Assembly (NCBI GenBank): GCA_965112155.1
Contig: OZ218103.1
Length of the DNA stretch: 64,000 nt
Direction: 5' to 3' (one strand)
Source of the DNA: Podarcis liolepis
Lineage: Eukaryota
The notes beneath the pieces were generated by a model. That model saw only the letters and a list, made by a program, of their open reading frames with translations, made no database searches and was not told where the DNA came from. The position numbers were made by a program, and so were the translations under genes. Positions 41,101 to 54,000 of this stretch are shown here, piece after piece (positions within the stretch are counted from its first letter, which is position 1; each line of letters begins with the position of its first letter).

Positions 41101-44100
41101 AGCTTATGTAGTAAGATAATATTCAATAGCTGATTTCCAGATACTTTGCTCATCCAAAGTAAAGTGGCTGGTGAGAATGAGTGGAACCTTCTCTGGGAGT
41201 GTGTGTGTTTGTGTATTTATGGAGCCTTGGTTCAGTGGAAGAGCACATGCTTTTCTATGCAAAAGGTCTTGGGTCTCAGGACTGGAAAAGACTGCTGTCT
41301 GAAACCCAATAAGCTGCCAAAGAATGCAGGCAGAACTACATTGAACAATGATCTGAATCTATAAGGCAGCTTCCTATGCTACACTTGCAGCCTAGTCTGA
41401 GATCCTTTGGGATTTTCAGCATTTGAGGGATTTTAAAACAATGACTTTTCTTCTGCTGTTTTATTGATGGTTGGCGTTTTCTAGCATTTATTGCCCTGTT
41501 GTTATTATTTTGCTGGTTTTATTCCAGAAACCACCATGTAGATTATATACTAAAGGGTGGTACATACATTTAGAAAATAAATATGATGCAACAGGTTAAT
41601 ACACCTGACTCCCCTGTAACAGCAAAACATGGTTACTCCTGCCATGTTAAAATGAGTAATATGACTGAGTGAGCTCATACACAAGGCCATTTGCCACACA
41701 CAGAAGCTTCCCCCCCCACACACATTCAGTCCATTTAAAGTACAGTCAATGATTCTATGACTTATTCATTATTGTACATAGAAAGTCTAGTTTTGATAAT
41801 TATTAGTCCTGAGTGGAACAGTGTAATCTTCGGCATATACTAGGTTATTTACTCTTGGGAATCTTACGTACAATGGGAATGTTTTGTATGTGAAAAAAAC
41901 CCTATGTGTTTTAATTTGAATGTTGTCAGCTTGATAGAACTACCAATTACAGAACCCAAACCAGAAGTTTCTTGTTCAAATCCAGTTTTTTTGACATTGA
42001 TGATTAAGCTGTCTGTGTACTTGCCATTGGCTTGAATTAGTTCTTTCTTCACACCTGCTCTATCAAAATAGGGAAAGGGTAATGTTTAAAGGCTGAGATG
42101 TTGAAACACTAAAACAACACATGCATGCGAGGCTTTTTTTCTGTTTGGGTCTAATCAGGCATGCTGGAAATCTCTCAAGCAAAAATGACTGCCGGGTGGG
42201 AAGATGTTACAGTAATTATCTTGCTGTAAGTTGCAGAGTGGATGACATGAAGTTAGGGTGGTTTTTTGTGTGTAAACGGCCTGGTTATTTACAACCTACT
42301 TTTTCGTTTTGGATTCTGTTCATTTGTTGCTTCCTTGTTTGTTTTGCTTTTCAAATATAGAACTTAGTTTTATAGTGTAGATTCTGCCATGTTTTCTTTG
42401 TTTAAAAGTATTCATACACATTTTATCATACAGAAATAAATCAGTATCAAGGCCTCTAGGGCAGCCTTCCTCAAACTCGGCCCTCCAGATGTTTTGAGAC
42501 TACAATTCCCATCATCCCTGACCGCTGGTCCTGCTAGCTAGGGATCATGGGAGTTGTAGGCCAAAAACATCTGGAGGACCGAGTTTGAGGAAGCCTGCTC
42601 TAGGGCAGTGTCAGGAATGATGGGAATTGTAGTTCAAAAACAGCTGGAGGCCCAAGGTTGGGAAACACTGCTCTAGGGAGTCAAAGTCTTTAGAAATATA
42701 ACTTGGTAGATGGGGGTGTGGGGGTGTGTGTAAGAGAGAGAGAGAGAGAGAAAAAGAGAGAGAGATGAGAATATGTGCTGCCAGCAGTATACTGAGATTG
42801 CATTCCTGTTCACACTTTCTCTGTTATTGAAATCAATGAGACTTCTTAGTATAAATGCTTAGGATCCTTGGTGTTCCAGCCATGGAAGAGCTCCTCCCGT
42901 TTGCAGAGGGAATGGGTATCCAGGAAATGGTTCCTGCTGAATGAAGAAGGCAGGTAGATCATTCACTGATTAAGAACACAGGAACACAAGTAGAGCCCTG
43001 CTAGATCAGGCTATCCAACATCCTGTTCTGATAGTGACCAGTCAGATACCTATGGGAAACCCACAAGCAGAAATTGAGTGTAATAGTGTTCTCCCTACTT
43101 GCGATTCTCAGTAACTACAATTCTGAGGTTTACCACCTCTAGCAGTGGAAGTAGAACATAGCCATTGTGGTTCCTTCCCAATCATTCCCCACGTTGTTCC
43201 AGAGAGTCCTCCTCAGAAGCATTTAGCAGGGAGCAGTGGGTTGGTGAAAAAGTCACATTATATCTGTCAAATTATTCTAAATTGTGTATTCTGCTATCTT
43301 GCCAGAAATGGCTCTCTTGGTAGCTAGGTGGTATATCTAGATGGTATGATGAAGATGATGGTGATGATGTTACTACTGCTACTACCATCATTGCTGCTGC
43401 TCACATATAATTTTTATCATCCAGTCATTTCCCCAGAAAATCTGGTGATTCATTTTCTTTCTCTCATATATTGAATCTATGAGACTTTAATTTTGTAAGG
43501 GAAATACTTACAGGTGTAAATGTTTTCACAACCACTTCTCTGGGTACTTCTCTGTGTAACACTGCTTTTCTCTCCCCAGTGCCTACCACAGCCGAGACCA
43601 TAACTCCTTCCACAGAGCTGTACAAGACAACTGTGTCAACTACAAGCACCACGCCACAGAAAATTCCAATTAGCACAACATTACCTGGGGGGAAGGGGGA
43701 TGAAAGCAAAGGCCCCAAGCCACCGCCAGCAGTATCAACAACCAAAATTCCTCCTGTTACAAGCTTTTTCCCTTTGCCAGAGAGGTTCTGTGAACTCGAG
43801 GTGAAAAGGGATATAACTTGGCCTCAGACTCCAAGAGGAAACATGGTGGAACGCCCCTGTCCCAAAGGAACTCGTGGTAAGACCTTAAAACTGGATTTTC
43901 AGCTTAAATAAACATTCCGGTGTCTCTATCTTGAACCCTCTGTTCCTTAGTCTCGGACTATCTTTCTTATGATCTTGGCTGCTTGCAAGGAAATGGCACC
44001 TTCAGGTTTTAAGCTGTAGAGGGCATTGGAGCCTAGGTACAGAATTACATTCCAGCCCCTTCTCGAGGATTCCAGATCATAGGTCTTTGCAACAGACAGG

Positions 44101-45747
44101 ACTTCAGCCACACTTGCTTTCTGCTGTATTTCTCATTATGAACTCCACTTTGGATGGTTTCCAGAAAATGCTAGAGCTTTTTCTTTTTCTCTCTGTTTAT
44201 TCAGCATAAAGTCTGGTATTTTGTCCTGGCTTTCTTAGCATTGCTTTTAATTGGCAGCATTGCCTTTTGTTACCTCATTTTCCTACAGGCTTCCTTAGTC
44301 TCTTTTAAAGCGACTTAAGTACTGAAGCCCTAATCCAGTATTTCCCAGGTGCTTACGAAACATTAAAAAAATATGTACACATGCACGTACAGCTTGAACA
44401 CTCTTACCTCCATTTCATTTTTCCTCATCTTTTATATAGGAACAGCTTCATACCTCTGCATGGTTTCCACTGGAAAATGGAACCCGAATGGTCCTGATCT
44501 TAGCAACTGTACTTCACACTGGGTAAACCAGCTGGCTCAGAAGGTGGGTTGGAAAATATTTTTGATATGATACCATGCCCATGATTACCAGCACAGATGC
44601 TTATGACAAGCACTGGGAACGTTGCGCGAAACTAAATCAAGTGCCCTGCCATCCCAGGGCTTTAATAGGGATGTCATGAGATTGCCCACTTCAAGGGTTG
44701 GGGCAAACACACTTGTGGTTTCACCTTGCAAACTGCTGCTTACTCTGCCTCAAGGCAAACAATGTTGGTTTCAGCCAGGTGACAGTTAAAGCAGAGGATG
44801 TGGCAGTTATAGGGCTCTCCTAGCTTTCAACGGAGCATCTTCTCCTTCCAAGAGCTACAGTTCCCACATCCTTCACAGGAAATGGCGCTGCCCATCATAT
44901 TTGCACCAAGGAAAAGGCTGCTTCCTCTGCTTTGATCTTTGCCTAGCTGGAGCTAAGGGATTTTTCAGCAAAGGGACACCAGCATGGAGACATTAATGGA
45001 ACAGCCATTCATTGAGCACCTGCTCTGTATTTTTATTTGGTTTAATAAAGGGTGGTCTATAAGTAAAATTAAGGAAATTTTTAAAACACTGTGTTGCTAG
45101 CAGGAAATCCTTGTGAAAGTTAATATGCATAAGAGAGGGAGAGGATGGACAGTTTCTGTCCTTAGCTATCAGCTCTTGTATCCCATTCTCGTTTCCTAAA
45201 TATTTGAGCTGTACTGTACTGACACCGCTCTTCGTTCTGCCTGCCACATTGACAGCCTCCGTAACTGCTGGGGTGAAAAGCAAATAAAGATATCCTATGT
45301 TACACTCCCCACCCCACAAAAGAATCTGTGTTTCAGATGGACTGCCCTGTGCTGAAACCCAGCTCTTGGAGATTGCGGGGGGGGGGGGGGGAGGAAACAT
45401 CACAAACAAACTGCCTCATTTCCCACCGCTTCCTCCAAAGAAGCACAAAGGGGGGGGGAAATCTCAAATGCCTGCGGAGATTGGTTGGGTTTGCTTCCTG
45501 CAAATGCAGAGTTCTCCATGCAGCACTTTATCATCCCACCACGGGATGAATGGTGGCCATTCACTCCTGGAGAAGAAAGCGAAGACACTTGGGAAAAGGG
45601 GGCTCATTCCTTAGCCCTGCAGATCCTGGCGATTAAGAATCAAGTCTCCTACTATTTCCGTAGCCCCATTCTGCATAGAATTTGTTGGTCACACTGAAAA
45701 TGTGATGGAGCATTGAGAGAGTAGAATGGAATGCTTGGAATTGACAT

Positions 45748-45794
<47 letters not shown>

Positions 45795-48044
45795 TACCAT
45801 CAATGCATATAGCACTTTACTAAATCTAAGCAGTGTTGCATATTATCTCATCTGAAGGCAGCCCTTTTTAGGGAAGCTTTTAATGTTTGATGTATCACAG
45901 TATTTTAATATTCTTTTGGAAGCTGCCCAGAGTGGCTGGGGAAACCCAGCCANNNNNNNNNNNNNNNNNNNNNNNNNNNNNNNNNNNNNNNNNNNNNNNN
46001 NNNNNNNNNNNNNNNNNNNNNNNNNNNNNNNNNNNNNNNNNNNNNNNNNNNNNNNNNNNNNNNNNNNNNNNNNNNNNNNNNNNNNNNNNNNNNNNNNNNN
46101 NNNNNNNNNGGGTATAGGGCAGTTGTTGTTTTTTTAAGGACAAAAGAACTTTGAAAGATAAAAAAAGATGTAACAAAAAATAACCCACCTTTCTATTTAG
46201 AAATAAAGTGTTCTAAGAGTTAAGTGGCAGTGGGGGCATCACTAAAATAATTTAAATTGTCATTTCAGATCAGAAGTGGAGAAAATGCTGCTAGCCTTGC
46301 CAATGAACTGGCTAAACATACCAAAGGACAAATCTATGCTGGTGATGTGAGTTCTTCAGTCAGACTGATGGAACAGTTGGTGGATATTCTTGATGCTCAG
46401 CTGCAAGATCTGAAGCCTAACGAGAAGGACTCTGCTGGACGGAGTTATAACAAGGTAGATACCAACCTGAATAGCCTTCTCTGGTGTGCATTAGAACAAC
46501 CTAGCCTTGTGGCTTTCTTTCTTTTCTCTTGCAAAACATCTGCCTGTATTTTGCACCAGTCCTTTGAAGTAGGGCACATTTAGGGGTTTTTTTTGGTGGG
46601 GGGGACCAACAAATTCATGGAGACATGTGGATTCTGATGCTGTGTCAGAGTCCCCAAAGGCTGGTGGTACACGAGAACAGAATGTGACCATTCCCATGTG
46701 GGCAGAAGGAATTGAACGGATAATGTTAATTATACTTTAGCAGCAGCCTGAAACAGAACAATGATTAAGGCATCAATAAGAAGCAGACCTGTTGTGTCCT
46801 TTGATCCTTTATAACTCTCAAGCTGGGGGGGGGGAACAAACTGCGGCAGGGAAAAATGAATACTCCCCCCCCCATGACCTTCTTACTAACGTATTTGATG
46901 TATAATACTAACGTATTAGAGGTATTTGACATACCAAGCCATGAACTAACCTTAGTGCACTGGAATGGCCTTGTGCTTCATTCACTCCCTTAAAAACCCG
47001 CAGATTCATCTGGAAGTGATACTTTAACACACTTTAAGATTGTTAATTTTATCAGCAGATCTTATTTCTCCGGTTAGCATATAAGCGTTTGAACAATGAT
47101 TAAGTAGTACTAATCCTATTACCCTTTAAAAAAGAAAAAATGTCTAACCTCTGATGTGTGTTTTTTGTCTTATTACCAAGCTCCAAAAGCGAGAGAAGAC
47201 ATGCAGGTCTTACCTTAAGGTATCTCTCCTGTGCTGTCACCTTGCTTCGTCCCTGCTTCAGTCACCTGCTGCCACGCTTTTCCCCTCCTGCTGCATGTCC
47301 CTATGTATTTCAGTCTTTGATAATTGTGCACTGTGCCTTCCCCACAGCAATTGTACAAAAAAAAAGTGTTGGCTTTGCACGGGTATAATACCTTCAGAAA
47401 AAGCCAATCGTAAATAATAAATCGATAATCAATACTTCCTTTCCTCCTCCTTTTATCAAAAAAAGCAGCCATGGAGCTTTTAACTGAATTGGAAATAAGA
47501 ACAGTTTTGCTTCCTCGTGGTATTGTGCCTGTGGAAGGAAAACCAAACTGGCAATGGGCACAAATTGTTTGACATTGGGAACACAGGAAGTTGCCTTATA
47601 CTGAGTCAGACTATAGATCCACATAGCTCAGTATTGCCTACACTGGCTGGTAGCCGCTCTCCAGGGCTTCAGACTGGGGACATTCCCAGACCTGCCTGGA
47701 AATGCTGGGGATTAAAGTTGGGACTTTTCTGCATGCAGTGCAGATGCTCTATCATAGAGCTACAGCCGTACCCCTTGAACCTGGTTTTTGTGTTTGCAGC
47801 TCTGTGTATCAAAGACTGTGTAGCCATATCTAGTGGAATCCACTAATCACTGCTGCCTCGTGACTTCCATTGGTTCAGTGGAGTTTGTGTGGCAAGAGTG
47901 TCTTATGGATTACATCCCATGCTTGTGCATGACGAAAAAACAAAACCCCCAACACATACACATGTTAAACTACCCTACATTTTATTTTATTTTTGTGCAC
48001 TCTTGAATTCAGCGAGTTCTATTTTGTGTGTGTGACACCAGGGA

Positions 48045-48085
<41 letters not shown>

Positions 48086-51000
48086 AGTTAACAAAGGCCA
48101 GCTTTGATCATTTGAGTTACAGACACAGTGCAAACTTTCCTCATATTCTCCTGGAAGCATATCCTGTTTCCCATATACCAGGAGAGGCATAAAGATACTA
48201 AGGAACTTGGAATGTCTTTCAGGTCTTACTATGTGTATTCTGTTCTGGTTAATGTCAGTTTTTCAACTGTGGTGGGATGTTGGATGAAAAATGAAAGCCT
48301 GCTGCTGATTTGTTTTGAAACATGCATTCCATATGTCTTCGTAGTTTTTTCTTTTGCAATGTTACCAATTGGTATTAAAAATAGAAATTTTAAAAAAACA
48401 CTGAAGCAGCGCAGCATAGAATAAAATCAATAATATAAAGGCTCCTAAGAGATGTAATGTTGTCCAACTGCTTAAGAACAACTGTGCAACTGAGAGCGGA
48501 CCAGTTTATTGTTCACTCCTTTTCCTTATCCCCTTTCTCTGGAGTTACAAATCGTCCCACTCCGCGAAGGAACTAGCCGTGATGAAAGCGATAACATCTG
48601 CAGAAATGCCAACTACGGTTGGAGCTTACCAGAACTTAATGCAGAATTACACCATGGTTTCACATCCAGGGTTAACAGGCATCCCAGTTAGTCCTAGCTG
48701 CAGACATATTTATCTATGGGGGGTATGCATCTTACCAAAGGCCAGAAAAAGGTCCTGCCCAATCCCTTGGCTGGCTGTTGATTGCTTAACCATGGAACAT
48801 CTTACATCTGCTCTCAGCCCAGATGACATTTCCCCCTCGGTTTTACATTCAGCTGCTGATAAAACTTTGGGGAGTCTGAAGTGTGATCAGTTGCATCAAG
48901 CAGTTTTGCAAGAAAAGGAGTGTAGGGGGCGGGGGGTTGGAACCACATGTATCTTAAATTATACTGTGATAACTGTTCTCTTATAAAGCCAGTGAGTGGG
49001 GACGCAAAGCAAAGTCTGCTGAATTGGGTTGATTTCTTTTTTACAGTTGCATTTGCAGTTCACCTTTGAAGATAAATGTCATTGGATAAAATGTAATAAC
49101 CGTGTGTGTGCTTGCTACTGAAAATGTTTTGTCACTGTGATGGCAAGAATCTAGGGTTACGAGCCAGTCTTAAGTGAGGCGTTAATTCCCAATGATTTAT
49201 TTGAATGAGGAGGTTGAGCACACACATAAATATTCTCCACTGAAATCAGTGGGGTCTCAAGCCTCCTTCACATTTTACTCTTGTAAATATGAGTAGAAAG
49301 AGGCTCCTTCAGGCACCACTCCTGCCATCCATGTATTAAGTGTGGATGTCTGAGGTGGGGGAAGCCTTTGCACATGGATGTCCGGACACATAGCCTTCTA
49401 ATACCCAGAGAAGCCTACATTTGTAGGCTACCCCACATCAGAAGTCTATGCTAATGGTTGGGCACGTGTACATCTGCTACACGACCCCCTCCACCCTTCG
49501 TGATTATTATTGCTACATTTATATACCATCCCTGAATTCAGTTCTCTAGTGGTTGGTATTCAACTATGTTGTACTCAGAGTACTCCTGTTGCAATTGATG
49601 TACCTAACTTAGCCATGTTCATTACTTTCCACGTGCCTACTCTGAGTAAAACTTAATACAACTCATAGTTTAAACACACACACAAAATCCAATTATACAA
49701 ATACAACTTAGCACGCAAAACCACCCCAAAGCCAGCACAAACACAGCAGCACAAAATCAGTTTTAAACTGGCAAGGGGAAAACATTTATGTTAGCAATTT
49801 ATAGGCAGCTTAATGTAAAAACAAAAAAACCCCTCTCTAAGCAATTTACCAAGTTTTTTTTAAAAAAAAGCCAATCCATAAAACTGTAAGGCTAGAATAC
49901 AAATAAGATGAAAATACATGTTGTCACTAAAAATCCATAATCGGAATACTAAAACAAAATACTGAGGAGTGCGGGGGGGGGGGAATTAACAGTCAAAAAT
50001 GCCCAAGCAAATAACTAAGCTTTTGATGGGCATCTAGAACAGGGTTGACATCTCCCGGATTGTGTGGGACAGGAGGCAAGGAATTAAGCATATTTTAAAA
50101 TGTGCATGTCCTGGAAGAATATAAAGGTCTACACTTGGCACAATGCAGGGGGGCACCAGGCAAGCCTCTCCGATGAGGATGTTCTGCGTATGCGACACCA
50201 CTACCAAAAAGTCCTTGCTACCTTTGGACTGTGGCATGGCCTGGGAATTTATTCTCCACCTCCCTCCCCAGCCACCTTTGACAAGAAATAGTGTCATTAA
50301 AGAGCTGACTATTTTAATGTGACCGAAGAAAAGCAGCCAGTCAGACAACATTAAAAATATAAGGAGTGAATCGGGCTAATGGATGCATGCAGCCATCAGG
50401 ACGTGTGTATACATGCAACACGAACTGCAGCACAGCTTTAATTTCTCGCTGAGATCATTTTTAGTAGGTCTCAAATGAGCTTCCCAGTTTGGCTAAGACT
50501 AATAAAAACCTCTTAAAATTACAAATCGAAAGCCGGCTGATGCTATGCAAATGAAGCAAGTCCTCACTTCGCGACAGAGGATTCATTTGTAACTCAGATC
50601 AGAGGCTCCGATCCGTATTTCTTGGTGACTAATGAATATGGCCTCTGCAGACCAATTTCTGTTCCACTCTATTTAATGGCTGAAGCAGTATCAGTGTGAG
50701 CAGTTTGACTCTTCTATTTCCCATTAGAGAAGAGGGGAAGAAAATCCTTTCATTCCACTCCAAAAGTATCTCCCACCTGCCATTGTAGAGACTCACAATT
50801 CAGACAGAAAGAGGATATTAAGATGGATTAGGCTAATTAATTTTGCCCCTGACAATAGATAGTCCTGACCCGACTTTTTTCTATCCATTCAGGTGTGGAG
50901 CAGTGTTCTGGGTGTGACATCTTTTTATTTGTGTGGTGCACCCTGCTTGCATTTCCATTTGTTTTCGAAATCAGCCAAATCATATGCAGATATAGATATA

Positions 51001-54000
51001 TGCGCCTAATGACACATTGTAACTAGGTAAATGGGACATGGTGATTCAGCAATCACCCACATTACATGTTAACGTAAGAGCCTCCCTTCAATTGACAAAT
51101 ATTGTGTTTTCACTAAAGATTCTTTAAAAAAACCTCCTTAATTGCATATTATTTTGTGAGCATCTTAATGTGAGTGTAAGTATGTGAGATCAGGCCGCTA
51201 CTGATCATTCCTCAGTTCTGAATAAATGGGGAAATCCTCTGCTCCTGCCGAACTTAACGTACACATCAGAGCCCAGTATAGCTCTAGCCTGGCTGGAGGA
51301 ACTTTAAAATTAAAGCCATGAGCGTTCCCTTTTTATATGCTTCAGTATGCTAATAATATTCTTTTTCACTGCTGCTCCAAGGCTTCTTATATCAATGCTC
51401 TTTGTTATATGGGGAAAGTGGTAGCCTTTTGGTCTTTAAATCACTGCAAATCATGTTGACAGTTAAATATTGTAATTGTCATCAGATCATGTTAGAGACT
51501 CTCTCCTGTTGCCTTAAGGCAGTAAGGCCTAATATTTTTCTACTGAATGCAGGCTATTGTTGACACGGTGGACAACCTGCTTAGGACCCAAGCGCTAGAC
51601 TCCTGGAGAGATATGAATTCCTCTGAACGGGCACATGCTGCAACCATGTTACTTGATACCCTGGAAGAAGGGGCCTTTGTCTTGGCTGACAACCTCTTAG
51701 AACCAACAAGGGTCGCAATGCCTACAGATCACATTGGTAAGTGAATACGTCTTGAAACGCTTGGCATCACACCGTGGGAAGAGTCCACCAAACCCAGTGG
51801 TTTGGGATGTCCATATATTCCACATTAGATGGAACAGTGTAATTTGCCCCATTAGAAATATATTACATGAAAATAATACAGAAACCTCTGCATTTTAAAA
51901 ATGGAAAACCATTATAGATTGATGTTCTGGTTATAGAACAGATAGCGACTAAGATTGTAACCCCGAAAATTCCTAGTTCGATTATTTTTGGCTAACAAAA
52001 TTAAGTCAAAGGACTTAGGCAAGTAACCTTTATCTTATTCTCATCTGAATTATGGAGCTAATAATGTTGGGCTACTTCTGAAGAATTATTGTAAATATTT
52101 CTGGATAAAATGTGTATGTAGCGCTTTGAACACTTTGAAAAATGTGCTACATAAATGATAGAAAATACATACATATTTTTCAGTCCTCATGGTAGAAACT
52201 CTTTCTCCTTTATACATAATCGGTTCCTAATGAATGTAGATTACTTTCAGGGAGAGCGCATTGCCAACTTTGGGCACATAGCACATAGACTAAATGTTTG
52301 CATTAAGCACAACTGCCTTCAGGTGAAAGTGTGTTCATTGAGCCACATCTCCCACAATACAAAATAGCCATGCTTTGCAGATTGCAAAATAGCTACCGAC
52401 ACTTTGAGCATAATTTATCATTTAAATGCTGGCAGGGAAATGAAACTATTATGCATTAGGGGCATACAGGTATATCTTGTTGTGGTTAAGAAGGTTGTTG
52501 TGTATAGATGTAAAATGCCATTCTCCTTGCGTCCTTGAGGCTTATACCAGTCTACATATTAGGAGGTAGAGCACACATATGTCACAGACATTTCAAGACT
52601 AGACTTTAAAATGGAAAAACTAATTTATGAATGGGAGAATGTCAGGTACGTGGATTTGTGAATGAGGTGGTGCATGTTTCTGTTGCTAAAGGCGGAAGCA
52701 GAGTTTGCAGATGATCAGCTGTGGAATGCTAAGGATGTCTACTCCAAAGTAAATTCATCTAGGTTAAGTGGGCCTTTGGCTGTGAAGCAAATCCCCTTTG
52801 TACCAGGCCTGGTGGGCTGGGGAGACGGATTGGCTTGAGGTGCCTCACCATCCAGTCATCACACTGACTGCCACTATCAGCCTGCAGAGTGAGGTCAACA
52901 TGTAGAGTCTCCCCCACAATAAGCAGAAGTACCACTAGTGGAAGCCATGTTCTAGGAAAGAGGAAGTGCTGAGCTGGACCTCTTCACCTGCTGGCATCGG
53001 TCCTGAGCTTGGCTGGATCACTGCATTACCTCCAGGCTGCTGCAGCAACCTGCTTTCCCCCTCCTCCAGCCATTTCCCTGGCCGGTGTGAGAGTTGTAGA
53101 TGCAGCGGTGGGTTCCACCATTCTGTCACACCCTGCCCCTGCCCAACTAGTTGCTATCAACTAATGATTTTTTTCATATTTAGTTTATCTATTTACATTA
53201 ATATATACCCTTTCCCCACCCTAGAAAAATAGCTGCTGGTACTCACCCTGCTACAGGTTTTAACAAAAACAAAAGAGGTGCCATTACTGCATACTCTTGA
53301 GTAACCCCCAGAAAAAAAGCACTGTCCATATCCTACCTTTCCCCAGAGTCGTGCCCATTGTTATTACCTCCAGCACCCCTTTAATTTAAGTAGGTTAGGC
53401 TAAAATACAATGACTGAGCCATGGTCACCCTACAGAGATTTAAGCCTAGATGCCCCCAGTCCCATTCTGACAGTTTTAATGATCTACTCCTCTGGCTTCC
53501 TGTTGCTGAGAGATTAGGCATAGCAATAGCAAGTAGGACACACACACTAAAAATTCATGTATCATGGCTGCTTTGGTCTCCAAAAGTTAAGCATTTCTTC
53601 CAACTAAGAACTCTTGGGACTTTTGAAGTGATCTCTCTTAGGCTCACATTAAAACCAGGTTGGCTGTCATGTTCTTTGAACTGGCGTGCTGTTACTTTTG
53701 TGCATCTGCACTCGGGTTTGATTAAAATTTAAAGGAAAACGACTCCAATGCTACCGGTATGCATCTGTCATGTACAAGCAAGAAAATAAGCATCCCGAAA
53801 GGAAAAAAAGGAAAAGGAAAACATCAGCCAAATCTGACCACAGAAAACAAAAACCTTCTTCTTGCTTTTTGTCCACCTAGTCTTGGAAGTTGCAGTGTTG
53901 AGTACGGAAGGACAGGTGCAGGACTTGAAATTCCCCCAGGGCAACGCAGGAGGCAATTCTATCCAGCTCTCTTCGAACACTGTGAAGCAGAACAGCAGAA

